This document shows positions 8,163-16,953 of a stretch of 63,343 nucleotides of DNA, in pieces. The notes under the pieces were generated by a model. That model was not told the DNA's origin. It saw only the letters and a list, made by a program, of their open reading frames with translations, and did not search any database. A program made the position numbers and the translations under genes. Every line of letters starts with the position of its first letter. The stretch's first letter is position 1. Source of the DNA: Patescibacteria group bacterium (lineage in GTDB: Bacteria > Patescibacteriota > Patescibacteriia > Patescibacteriales > WJLG01); assembly GCA_028716485.1 (NCBI GenBank), contig JAQUPS010000007.1, positions 1 to 63,343 of the forward strand. The letters are read 5' to 3'.

Positions 8163-8780
8163 TTAACAATTTTTATCTATAAATTCATCTATCCAATTTT
8201 TAATTGTCAACAACAGCTTTTTATCATTATATCTTATATGGATCAAGCCGTTTTTCATTTTTTCACTTTTTTCCGGATTAAAATCTTTTCTAATATAAGG
8301 CTTGTAAAAATATTTCTGCGGAATCCCCGTCGATTTCGACCAAAAATTTTTTAACTCGACTGCATTCTGATTGGCATAACAATAAAGATAGACTCTTAAT
8401 CTATTTTCGTCAATACCGCAAATATTTCTTAAAAATTTTATGAAAACAGCAATCATATCCTTATTGCTATTGGTAAAATCGACTATCTTTTCGCCTTCCC
8501 ATTTTGATCCCTCGCCCCAATAAAGCATTACGCCGGCTGTTTTCAACTCTTTTTCGTTAGCATTCAAGTTATTTTTTATTTTAAAAGAAGGCCTTTTTTT
8601 GACAAATTCAACCTTATTGCGCTCCGTGTAATCTCTTCTGGGAATTTTATATTTTCTCAAAAAATAATAAACAGCGTCCGAGGAAACATTTAACTTTTCA
8701 GCGATCTCTCTGGCGCTCAAATTATCGGAAAGATAAAAATTCTTAACAAGACTTAATTTGTCGTTAGTAATTTTTGCCAT
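8163..8780 (-). CDS. HTH plus degenerate LAGLIDADG-like (homing-endonuclease-like) protein
   Basis: The N-terminal HTH is LSAREIAEKLNVSSDAVYYFLRKYKI, followed by GVMLYWGEGSK, which resembles a LAGLIDADG-type G-x-acidic-G motif. AT-rich gene whose stop lies 8 nt from tRNA-Tyr. ATG at 8780 is preferred; a GTG at 8810 is the alternative. Confidence 0.45.
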   Translation of the reverse strand: MAKITNDKLSLVKNFYLSDNLSAREIAEKLNVSSDAVYYFLRKYKIPRRDYTERNKVEFVKKRPSFKIKNNLNANEKELKTAGVMLYWGEGSKWEGEKIVDFTNSNKDMIAVFIKFLRNICGIDENRLRVYLYCYANQNAVELKNFWSKSTGIPQKYFYKPYIRKDFNPEKSEKMKNGLIHIRYNDKKLLLTIKNWIDEFIDKNC

Positions 8781-8902
8781 ATTCGTATTATACCAAAATG
8801 AAATAGGCACTGCAAGCTATTTAATATTTAAACAGACACCGATTAATATTTTCAATATAATCAATTTATCACGAGAAAAAACAAAAAGCAAGCTGATTTT
8901 TT

Positions 8903-8935
8903 ATTTAAAAAAGCCGCGAATTTATTCTTCGCGGC
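8903..8935 (-). terminator. Terminator after the ROK kinase gene
   Basis: GCCGCGAA (8913-8920) pairs with TTCGCGGC (8928-8935). A T-run follows on the minus strand. Confidence 0.7.
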
Positions 8936-8950
8936 CTTATCTTTACCGAA

Positions 8951-9934
8951 CTAATTAATGTTTGTCAGGCAATTTTTTTCTAAAGCATTGCGAGCCGCTC
9001 CCAAGCAGCCGGCTTCTGCTGGAAATTTTCCAGCAACAATTTCGAAGCCTTTCAATAGGCATGGCCGTGAAGTTCCGAGTTTCTGATTAATTTCCTCCCT
9101 GATAAACGGCAGGAAAAAATCTCCATCCCGAGAAATCTGTCCGCCGATGACGAATACCTCCGGATTCCACTGGGTCAATATTTGCGCTATCCCTCGCGCC
9201 AGATAATGGCAGGTTTCTTTTACTACCTTCAGACAAAGGCTATCGCCTTGTTTAGCGCGGGAAAAAATATCAAATATTTTTCCTTTGCCGTTTTTAGGAA
9301 AATATTGGGTTTCTATTTTCGCTTCTCGATACAAGAAATCCCAATAATTAAGAAAAGCTTCGGTTCCGGCGTATGCTTCAAGGCATCCTTTTTGGCCGCA
9401 ACGGCATTGCAAACCGCCATTCTCTACGCAAATATGGCCGAGTTCGCCTGCCGAATTATTATAACCAAGATAAGGCTTGCCGTCGATTACTACCCCTCCG
9501 CCTACGCCAGTCCCCAGGCCCAAGAAACAGACAAATCGCGAACCGCGCCCGGCGCCATAGATAGCCTCACCCAAGGCGGCTGCCTTGGCGTCATTCATAT
9601 TCAGAACGGGCAAACGCATTATTTTTGCAATGTTTTGCGCTAACGGGTAATTGATTAATCCCGGAATATTTGGCGAATTTTCCTTGACTATTCCGGTTTT
9701 AGGATCAACTACGCCGGGAGTACATAAACCGACGCCAATAAGCTCGCAATTCTCTGGCTTTTTTCGAACCAATTGCGTCGCTAATTGCAAAATTTTCTCC
9801 TCCACCGCCGCAATTCCTTTTGTTACATCGCTTTTCAGCTCATCCCTGCCAATAATTTGGCCATTGGCCGACACCAGCAATCCTTTGATATTTGTGCCGC
9901 CCAAATCAATGCCCAAAACAACCTTTTTCTCCAT
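8951..9934 (-). CDS. ROK family sugar kinase (glucokinase-like)
   Basis: Motifs GIDLGGTNIK, GLGTGVGGG and the zinc motif HICVENGGLQCRCGQKGCLEAY. ATG at 9932-9934 is preceded by AGGAGGA; the track start at 9949 is a TTG. Confidence 0.85.
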   Translation of the reverse strand: MEKKVVLGIDLGGTNIKGLLVSANGQIIGRDELKSDVTKGIAAVEEKILQLATQLVRKKPENCELIGVGLCTPGVVDPKTGIVKENSPNIPGLINYPLAQNIAKIMRLPVLNMNDAKAAALGEAIYGAGRGSRFVCFLGLGTGVGGGVVIDGKPYLGYNNSAGELGHICVENGGLQCRCGQKGCLEAYAGTEAFLNYWDFLYREAKIETQYFPKNGKGKIFDIFSRAKQGDSLCLKVVKETCHYLARGIAQILTQWNPEVFVIGGQISRDGDFFLPFIREEINQKLGTSRPCLLKGFEIVAGKFPAEAGCLGAARNALEKNCLTNIN

Positions 9935-10073
9935 AAATCCTCCTATCAAGTGTATAATTATTTCCTTTATAAAAAGAACTGGAAAAATAACTATAAGCTA
10001 AAAAATCTGAAAAGTCAACAAAAAACCGCCTTGCGGCAGATTTTTTTCGGCATTAATAATCGAAAATCGTTTG

Positions 10074-10146
<73 letters not shown>

Positions 10147-10170
10147 GTTTTAAATTTTCAAATTATAATA

Positions 10171-10192
10171 TTAAAAGCCGCCAAAGAGCGGC
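10171..10192 (-). terminator. Weak terminator after the TPR gene
   Basis: GCCGC (10177-10181), loop caaaga, GCGGC (10188-10192), followed by TTTTAA on the minus strand. Confidence 0.4.
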
Positions 10193-10216
10193 AAAATTTA
10201 TTCAATTAATATTATT

Positions 10217-11008
10217 TTATTCTAATTCGTTTATTTGCTCTCTGAATTCCGCCAATTTGCCGTTTTCCGGATTAACCGCGGCCAACTTTTCCCAGGCATC
10301 TTGAGCGGCGGTTTTGTCTTTATTTATTATACTTATTTCCAGGAGAGAGTCAAGATAGCGCGGATTATTAGGCTCAAGCTGGTAGGCCATCTTTATAGTA
10401 TTCAACGAATTTTCCGCCTCGCCGGTGTCGCGGTAAATAGCCGCCAAATCATAATAAATTTCCGCCTGCTTGTCAGTCTCCTTATCGCCCAAAAGCTTCA
10501 AGACGTGGGCAAAAGCCTGTTTCCCCTCTTCATATTTTTTATTGGCGGCATAAAGGCTCCCCAAAACGATAAACGCTTCCGAATTCCGCGGCTCCAGCTC
10601 GATTATTTTTATCAAATTAGCCTCTTTAGCTTCAAAATTTTCCCGGTCGTCCAAGGCTGAATTCTTAGCAAGCAGGCCATTAATCATCACTTCCTTGTCT
10701 TCAGGGGGCAAAGCGGCCGGGTGAGCGCTGTAATTTTTTTTGGCTTCCTGCAATTTTGCCTGGATTAATCCGAAAAGAGCGCCGATCTTTCCGCCGATGA
10801 ACCCGAAAAATTTTCCCAGCCTGGCTTTCCCCTTGGCCATGCTTTTCTGCAGGCGGCCGGTAATGATCTGCTCTTTGAAGCGCGCTTCTTTCTCGGCCGG
10901 CATATTTTCCACATCCAAATTGGCCAAAGCCGGAAATTTCCGCGCGACAATAACGATGATAATAAACAGGCTGACACAAATCAAAATTAGCGGGATAATG
11001 TTATACAT
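10217..11008 (-). CDS. Membrane-anchored tetratricopeptide (TPR) repeat protein
   Basis: N-terminal TM helix IIPLILICVSLFIIIVIVA, with C-terminal TPR-like repeats (AFIVLGSLYAANKKYEEGKQAF, IYYDLAAIYRDTGEAENS). Confidence 0.8.
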   Translation of the reverse strand: MYNIIPLILICVSLFIIIVIVARKFPALANLDVENMPAEKEARFKEQIITGRLQKSMAKGKARLGKFFGFIGGKIGALFGLIQAKLQEAKKNYSAHPAALPPEDKEVMINGLLAKNSALDDRENFEAKEANLIKIIELEPRNSEAFIVLGSLYAANKKYEEGKQAFAHVLKLLGDKETDKQAEIYYDLAAIYRDTGEAENSLNTIKMAYQLEPNNPRYLDSLLEISIINKDKTAAQDAWEKLAAVNPENGKLAEFREQINELE

Positions 11009-11009
11009 T

Positions 11010-11090
11010 TTAGGGCTTAGGGCTTAGGGCTTAGGGCTTAGGCGGTCGGAATAAAAAAATCCTTTTGCCTTGCGCCTAACGCCCAGAGCC
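11010..11090. repeat. Heptamer-arm hairpin (TTAGGGC x4)
   Basis: TTAGGGC tandem x4 (11010-11037) plus ttaggcg, partly complementary to cgcctaacgccc (11072-11083). Confidence 0.7.
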
Positions 11091-11092
11091 TG

Positions 11093-11884
11093 CTATATTC
11101 CTTTGCAAATCTTATAAAACTCCTCGGCGTCCAAACTCGCGCCGCCGACCAAAAACCCATCCATATTTTCCAAATTGCTGAACGATTTGACATTCTTACC
11201 CGTAACGCTGCCGCCGTAAATGATCTGAAAGCTCTTTTCCACCGCCTGCATCCCGAACATATCATCTAAGGCCAATCTGATGATCTTGTGGGCATAGGTG
11301 GCCTCGGACGGCTCGATGGCCGTTCCCGAACCGATCGCCCAGACCGGCTCGTAAGCCACGATGATCCGCTGACTTTCGGAGATATCAATCCCGCCCAAAG
11401 CCTGCTGCAGCTGATTCAGTAAAACAAAATCGCGGCGGTCAGTTTTACGGTCTTCATTCTCTTCGCCGATGCAAACCACTGGCACCAAGCCTTCGGCATT
11501 CAGCACTTCGCGAACTTTCTGATGGATCATCGAATAATTTTCCAAAAGGTATTTTCTCCGTTCCGAATGGCCGATGATCACGTATCGGCAGCCGGCTTCA
11601 ATCAGCATTTGCGGAGAAACTTCGCCGGTATAAGAACCGCGGTCTTCCCAGAAAACATTTTGCGCGCCTAATTTCAAATTGCTTTTTTTAACTATTTTAT
11701 CCACCTCGGTCAAGGCTACCAGGGTTGGACAAATAGCCACAACCTTGCCGTCCTCGTTAAAATCCCGAAATTTTTCCACCATTTCCTTGGCCAAGGCCGC
11801 GCTTTCCGCCAAACCTTTTTTCATCTTCCAATTGCCGATAATCACTTTGCCGGCCTTTGCCGCTCCTTTAGCTTGTTTAGACAT
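11093..11884 (-). CDS. tpiA: Triosephosphate isomerase
   Basis: Motifs IIGNWKM, IIGHSERR, AYEPVWAIGSG and IIYGGSV. Confidence 0.95.
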   Translation of the reverse strand: MSKQAKGAAKAGKVIIGNWKMKKGLAESAALAKEMVEKFRDFNEDGKVVAICPTLVALTEVDKIVKKSNLKLGAQNVFWEDRGSYTGEVSPQMLIEAGCRYVIIGHSERRKYLLENYSMIHQKVREVLNAEGLVPVVCIGEENEDRKTDRRDFVLLNQLQQALGGIDISESQRIIVAYEPVWAIGSGTAIEPSEATYAHKIIRLALDDMFGMQAVEKSFQIIYGGSVTGKNVKSFSNLENMDGFLVGGASLDAEEFYKICKGI

Positions 11885-11892
11885 AGATAAAT

Positions 11893-11956
11893 GAAATTAG
11901 AAATTAAAAATTAGAAATTGTTCAAAACAAATTTCCAATTTCCAATTTCAAATTTC
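11893..11956. repeat. Heptamer-arm hairpin (GAAATTA family)
   Basis: gaaattagaaattaaaaattagaaatt faces aaatttccaatttccaatttcaaatttc. Confidence 0.7.
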
Positions 11957-12010
11957 TGCTTCTTAAATAATTATATTACAATACGGCGTTTACGTCTATC
12001 ATTGCGCGGG

Positions 12011-13006
12011 CTATCGCCACTCATAATCGTCGTATGCCCACTTCACCAGTTTTTTAGTTTCCGCGAACCGGTCATTATCGGAATTCGTACCCATCACCGC
12101 GGAAATTATTTTGTGGCCGGCTTGATCGATAAATTCCCCGACAAAACAATAGCCGGCTTCGTCGGTGTGGCCGGTTTTGCCCCCGATGATATTTATGCCA
12201 TCCACGGGAAAAACCGAAAGCAAAGCGTCGGTTGACAGAACTTTGACATCCCGCCCGCCCGCCGTGGAAAAATCATACTCCTGTTCGATGGTCGCGTCGC
12301 GGATTTTTTCCTTGGCCAGACATTTTTTAGCCAAGACCAGCACTTCTTGAGCAGTGGAAACATTGCCGTTGCTCAAACCGGAAACATCCTCAAATTTAGT
12401 ATCTTTTAAACCGAAATCCTTGGCTTGCTGGTTCATTTTAGCGACAAATCCCGGCTCGCTTAATCCAATCGAGCCAGCTAATGCCACCGCCGCCGTATTA
12501 TCCGAACCGACTAAGGTTAGGTAAAAAAGATCTTTAATCTTAACCCGATCGCCCGGATAAATATAGCTTTTGCCGCCGACGCGCACATCTTCTTTTTTCA
12601 GTTCATAAATTTTTTCCAGATCCGGATTGGAGTTCAAAAAAATCAGGACAGTCATCAATTTGGTAATGCTGGCGATCGGCCGGACTTCATTTGATTTATC
12701 ATTCCACAAAACCGTACCAGTATCTCGGTCAATCACGATACTGGAAGAAGCGGCGATCGCCAAAGAAAAATTATTGCCAGGATTTTTGGCAACGACTGTT
12801 TTATTTTCATTAGGGGGAAGATTATTTTCCGGATAAAAATAATCATGAGTCTGCTCGGGCAGGCCGTATGCCCGTTCCATCGCGCCCAAAATAACACCGT
12901 CGCGAAGAGAATTCGACGCGGCGGCAGGCTGGCTAGCGGGGAAGGGCGTAAAAATATTGGCCAGCAAGGAAGTGATGATAAAACCGATAGCGGCGGGCAA
13001 AGTCAT
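12011..13006 (-). CDS. Serine-type D-alanyl-D-alanine carboxypeptidase (PBP5-like)
   Basis: SxxK is SITKLMT, SxN is GSDNTA and KTG is GKTGHT. There is an N-terminal signal/anchor. Confidence 0.85.
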   Translation of the reverse strand: MTLPAAIGFIITSLLANIFTPFPASQPAAASNSLRDGVILGAMERAYGLPEQTHDYFYPENNLPPNENKTVVAKNPGNNFSLAIAASSSIVIDRDTGTVLWNDKSNEVRPIASITKLMTVLIFLNSNPDLEKIYELKKEDVRVGGKSYIYPGDRVKIKDLFYLTLVGSDNTAAVALAGSIGLSEPGFVAKMNQQAKDFGLKDTKFEDVSGLSNGNVSTAQEVLVLAKKCLAKEKIRDATIEQEYDFSTAGGRDVKVLSTDALLSVFPVDGINIIGGKTGHTDEAGYCFVGEFIDQAGHKIISAVMGTNSDNDRFAETKKLVKWAYDDYEWR

Positions 13007-13015
13007 AATAAATGG

Positions 13016-13426
13016 CTATTTGTTAACGGCGTGTTTAATGGTTTCTTTCTCCCAAAGCCTATTTTGGTAATAATTTTCAATATATTTAAAATCTTGATCA
13101 TGACGGCGCCAGTAGGTACGGCGTTTAAAATATATCGAGCCGCCGTTGGCCAGAAAAAAATTAGCCAGATCATCGTCGCTCGGCTCCGGCATGGGCATGG
13201 GACCAAACTTTTTGGCAAAAGCCGCGGCATAGGCGTCTCTGGTTTCTTCGCTCAAGATCAATTTCCGCTGTTCAGCCATGAAGCCGGCTAAATCCAAATC
13301 CCTTTCTTCTGGCGCAGCTGTCCGCCAATCAGCCCATTCCGATTCGTCCCCTCCCCAAATTTCTTCCGCGTTAATAATCGCTTCATTATCGGAAACGGCG
13401 ATTTCGGGTTGATGTTCTAAAGGCAT
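13016..13426 (-). CDS. Hypothetical protein
   Basis: 136-aa ORF tightly packed between scpB and the carboxypeptidase gene (10-nt and 9-nt spacers). No motif recognised. Confidence 0.6.
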   Translation of the reverse strand: MPLEHQPEIAVSDNEAIINAEEIWGGDESEWADWRTAAPEERDLDLAGFMAEQRKLILSEETRDAYAAAFAKKFGPMPMPEPSDDDLANFFLANGGSIYFKRRTYWRRHDQDFKYIENYYQNRLWEKETIKHAVNK

Positions 13427-13436
13427 AAATTTTCCA

Positions 13437-14057
13437 TTAATTATTTATTGTCTCTGCCTCACCGGAAGAATCACTCGGCAAATCCGGCGATAACTGATTA
13501 TTGTTCAATTTTTCTGCCAGCGGATTATCTTCCAGAATTCTGTCAATCGTATCATCTTTGCTTAATTTGTCATAGTCGGGCAATTCCTTCACTTCATTTA
13601 AGCCTAAAAAGCGTAAAAAATCAAAGGTGACGGTATAATAACTTTCATCTTTCTTCTTGTCTTCCTTGGCATCAATCAGGCCGCGTATCAATAAATTACG
13701 TAATATTAGCGAACAATTAATACCCCTAATGCGATCCAAATCGGTTTTGGAAACCGGCCCGCGATAAGCGATAATGGTCAAGGTTTCCAAAGACGGCCTG
13801 GTTAATTCGCCGGTCGTTTCGTCTTTGACAAATTCCCGGATCAGCGCCGCATTGTCCGGCGCAGTCGCCATCTGATAGCTGCTGCCATTTTTGATTATCC
13901 GCGCGCCGCCGTTTTTTTCCTGATAATTTTTAATCAGCTCATCGCCGGCTTCTTCAACTTTCTTAACTTCTTCTTTGGCCAGTTCAGCAAGCTCGCGAGC
14001 CGACATCGGCCGGCCGGAAATAAATAATAGCGATTCGATTTTTGATGATAAAGACAT
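13437..14057 (-). CDS. scpB: Segregation and condensation protein B
   Basis: Contains IESLLFISGRPMSARELA and AYRGPVSKTDLDRIRGINCSLILRNLLIRGLI. Lies downstream of scpA. Confidence 0.9.
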   Translation of the reverse strand: MSLSSKIESLLFISGRPMSARELAELAKEEVKKVEEAGDELIKNYQEKNGGARIIKNGSSYQMATAPDNAALIREFVKDETTGELTRPSLETLTIIAYRGPVSKTDLDRIRGINCSLILRNLLIRGLIDAKEDKKKDESYYTVTFDFLRFLGLNEVKELPDYDKLSKDDTIDRILEDNPLAEKLNNNQLSPDLPSDSSGEAETINN

Positions 14058-14058
14058 A

Positions 14059-14134
14059 AAAATTGAAATTAGAGATTAGAAATTAGGAATTTAAAAAATA
14101 TTCAAATATCTAATTTCAAATTTCCAATTTCAAT
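14059..14134. repeat. Heptamer-arm hairpin (GAAATTA family)
   Basis: aaattgaaattagagattagaaattaggaattt faces aaatatctaatttcaaatttccaatttcaat. It overlaps the scpA stop. Confidence 0.7.
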
Positions 14135-14843
14135 CGCATTTTCGACTGATAAATATTTCCGCAAACAATTCTCCCTGCTCGACAGAAATTGTTTTCTGCT
14201 TCATTAATTCCAGAACAGCCAAGAAACTGACGATTACCTCGGTTTTCGACTCGGCTTTGGCCAAGAAATCCCGGAAACTCAAATTTATTTTAGCTAAAAG
14301 CGCGTCGCGGATTCCCTGGATTTTTTCCTCGATATTGACTTTATGCTTGATGGTTTCTTCTTCCAGTTTGACAATCTTGCTCCTTACCAGGAATTCCCTG
14401 AAAACCGCGGCCAGTTCATTTTTATCCAATTTCTTGGGCGGAGCAAAAAATTTCTCTTCCGCGCCGATCATTTTCCATAATTTCCGCTCAAGGGGGGCGA
14501 ACATAAATCGTTTTTCCTTCAAGATCGCTTCCAGCTTTTTCATCGCCTCCAAAAACTCGCGATACATCCTTAATTGCCGTTCCAAATCGTCTTCGCCGAT
14601 GTCTTCTTCCGGAAAAAGATACGGCAAAAGCGCCTTGGATTTCAAATAAAGCAGCTTAGCGGCCACCACCAAAAAATCCGCCATGGCTTCCGGTTCGATA
14701 TCGGCCGTCTGCCTGATGAATTCGACGTATTGATCGGCGATCTTGGCCAGAGAAATCTCGGCAATATCCATCTTTTCCGCCTCGATAATTTTCAGCAGCA
14801 AAGAAAGCGGCCCTTCAAATTTTTCCAACTTAACATTCAGCAT
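14130..14843 (-). CDS. scpA: Segregation and condensation protein A
   Basis: Contains FEGPLSLLLKIIEAEKMDIAEISLAKIADQY. ATG at 14841-14843 (MLNVKLEKFEGPL) is preferred over the track start at 14906. Confidence 0.9.
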   Translation of the reverse strand: MLNVKLEKFEGPLSLLLKIIEAEKMDIAEISLAKIADQYVEFIRQTADIEPEAMADFLVVAAKLLYLKSKALLPYLFPEEDIGEDDLERQLRMYREFLEAMKKLEAILKEKRFMFAPLERKLWKMIGAEEKFFAPPKKLDKNELAAVFREFLVRSKIVKLEEETIKHKVNIEEKIQGIRDALLAKINLSFRDFLAKAESKTEVIVSFLAVLELMKQKTISVEQGELFAEIFISRKCD

Positions 14844-14914
14844 AATGATAAAATGATATTTATATTTTATCAGAAAAAATGCATATCTGAAAGGCCATTT
14901 ATCCACATAAAATT

Positions 14915-14953
14915 AACGAAAATCCGCTTCAACCCATACGAGCTGAAGCGGAT
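14915..14953 (-). terminator. Terminator after the ybaK-like gene
   Basis: ATCCGCTTCA (14922-14931) pairs with TGAAGCGGAT (14944-14953). TTTTCGTT follows on the minus strand. Confidence 0.6.
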
Positions 14954-14973
14954 CCTCCTTGAAACTGCCTATA

Positions 14974-15699
14974 TTATCTCTTCTTTTTCTTCGAGCCCTT
15001 CTTTTTGCTCTTCTTGGCAGCCTTCTTTTTTCTCTTGGCCATGGTTTTATTCGCGCTTTTTTTCATCTTAATTGGTGAAGGTGGGCGCGATTTAATTAAT
15101 TTCACTTTTTTATTTATGCCAAAATTGGCTAAAACGGCGTTTTCCAGCCGCAAAAAGTCTTTGACCCGCATTTCCACTGAATGATTGAAGCTGCCTGACG
15201 GAAAAACAGCCTTAGCCAGCGCGGACAGCCTTTTTTCCGCGATTACCGGTAAATTATGGAAACTGCCGAAAGCTGACATCCCCCCTTCGCGCAGTTTGAG
15301 CAATTCTTTCATCACCTTTTCCGAAGGAATTTGCACGATCCTGACTTTATGTCCTGCCGCTTTCTCGATTGCCTGCTGGATTTTCTTAAAATCCATATTC
15401 TGATTGGCCGGGAGACAAACGATGTAATAATAATTATCCGCCTTGATCAAAAGCGTCTTGACTATCTCGTCCATTTTTCTTTTCAAAGTGTTGGCGGCAT
15501 CGATAGCGGTATAAACTGTTTTGTGCTCTAAAATTTTCGGCGAGATCCCTTTCGCTTCCAAATAATTTATCAGCGCGGCGGGGAATTTTTTTCTTTTATC
15601 CGCCGGCTTGTCCTCCATAGCTTTAGCGACGGGGGAAGTTTTGGCGAAGGCGGACTCGTCGGCCGCTTTTTCCGCAGAAGATAATTTTTTCTTACTCAT
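14974..15699 (-). CDS. YbaK/EbsC-type aminoacyl-tRNA deacylase domain protein with Lys-rich tails
   Basis: The core TLLIKADNYYYIVCLPANQNMDFKKI ... GGMSAFGSF ... SGSFNHSVEM resembles the YbaK fold. The C-terminus is KRKKKAAKKSKKKGSKKKKR. Confidence 0.7.
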   Translation of the reverse strand: MSKKKLSSAEKAADESAFAKTSPVAKAMEDKPADKRKKFPAALINYLEAKGISPKILEHKTVYTAIDAANTLKRKMDEIVKTLLIKADNYYYIVCLPANQNMDFKKIQQAIEKAAGHKVRIVQIPSEKVMKELLKLREGGMSAFGSFHNLPVIAEKRLSALAKAVFPSGSFNHSVEMRVKDFLRLENAVLANFGINKKVKLIKSRPPSPIKMKKSANKTMAKRKKKAAKKSKKKGSKKKKR

Positions 15700-15840
15700 A
15701 TATTTATTATAGCACCTTTCATTTTTCTTGGGAAGGAATTTTTCTTAAAATCAACTTGGGGGCTATCTTTTTTAAGTATAGCACGGAAAAAAAATTTATC
15801 CAAGGATTTTTAACAATTTGGAAATTAGTAAAATATTTTT

Positions 15841-15879
15841 AAAAAAAATTCCCCGTATTTTTTACGAGGAATTTTTTAT
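15841..15879. terminator. Bidirectional terminator after the membrane-protein gene
   Basis: The hairpin aattccccgta ttttt tacgaggaatt is flanked by A8 and T6 runs. Confidence 0.6.
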
Positions 15880-15918
15880 TCCAAAACAAATATCCTGATT
15901 ATCTGATTCGCTGATTAA

Positions 15919-16854
15919 CTAATTAGTTTTTGCCGGCGGGTACACCTGATTCTTTAAGCATTGATATCCGACATTATGAGCCATATTATTTACTACCGGA
16001 CCTGACGGATAAACGCCCTGGGGATTATTAGCCGTGCCAATGTTGGAAGTCCTAAAATTAGCGCAAATTTCATAGGTTGTCGTGCCGGTGATCTGATAAG
16101 CAAATGGCTGGCCGCTTTGCTGATCTTTGAGATTGTCAGAGGTTAAATAAGGGCAATCAGCCGTCATGACGGTGAAATTGGCAGGAAGCTTATTGGTTTC
16201 ACGATAATATTGGTCAACGCAGGAATTAATCGAGTAAAAATTATTGATTATCTGATCGTCCAGCCGGCGGTCGCGCGCCAAAATCGGCGATTCAACCGTG
16301 AAAAACGAGGCGATAAAAACAATAACGACCATGGACAAGGAAACGATAAAAAATATTTTTAAAACTTTGTCTTTGACGTTTTCCACCGCTGGCCGGCGAA
16401 TGTCGTAAAAATAGAAACCGAAGACCGCGGCGGCGATCGCCAGCACAGTTATCGTCTTTAAGATGAATTTGACGGAAACTTCGCCGTTCAAAAAGCTGTT
16501 GACGAAATAAATCAGCCAGCCGAAAAAAATCAAAAACGAAACAAACAGAATCAAATAAGTAAGCCAGCGGCGGATGCCGGAATCTTTTTTCAATTCTCCG
16601 CTGAACAAGCTTTTTTGCAGCAGATAGCTGACGCCGAAAAATATCGGAATGGAAACCAGCAGGGCGGAAATCGCGAATTTATTTTCCATATACGGAGCGA
16701 CCACGTCGGGAATGTACTTGTTGATAATCTGGAATATGACATTGCCGAAGGAAACCGTCATAAACCCCAGCGAAACCAGATGCAAAAGGTACAAAAACAC
16801 GAACTTGGCCGCATTGCTTTTGACGGGCGCGGCAACCGCGTTGGTTTGTTCCAT
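15919..16854 (-). CDS. Multi-pass membrane protein (DUF5671-like) with C-terminal extracytoplasmic domain
   Basis: About 5 predicted TM helices (FVFLYLLHLVSLGFMTVSFG etc.). No catalytic motif recognised. Confidence 0.7.
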   Translation of the reverse strand: MEQTNAVAAPVKSNAAKFVFLYLLHLVSLGFMTVSFGNVIFQIINKYIPDVVAPYMENKFAISALLVSIPIFFGVSYLLQKSLFSGELKKDSGIRRWLTYLILFVSFLIFFGWLIYFVNSFLNGEVSVKFILKTITVLAIAAAVFGFYFYDIRRPAVENVKDKVLKIFFIVSLSMVVIVFIASFFTVESPILARDRRLDDQIINNFYSINSCVDQYYRETNKLPANFTVMTADCPYLTSDNLKDQQSGQPFAYQITGTTTYEICANFRTSNIGTANNPQGVYPSGPVVNNMAHNVGYQCLKNQVYPPAKTN

Positions 16855-16953
16855 AGAAATACAATTAAAAATTAAAAGTTAAAAATTGGTTTTGCGGCAG
16901 TCTCGCCTCGAGACCAAAATTATTCTAAATTCTATATTCCAAATTCCATTTTT

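Noticed and set aside
11010-11037. Telomere-like TTAGGGC x4 repeat.
   Set aside because: It is internal to a gene-dense bacterial segment, forms one arm of a hairpin and is simply one of many heptamer families. Nothing suggests a linear chromosome end.
14899-14907. Perfect DnaA-box consensus TTATCCACA here and at 50318-50326, hinting at an origin of replication.
   Set aside because: These are two isolated boxes 35 kb apart. About 0.5 occurrences are expected by chance in this much sequence on both strands. There is no cluster, no dnaA or dnaN, and no strand switch of genes.
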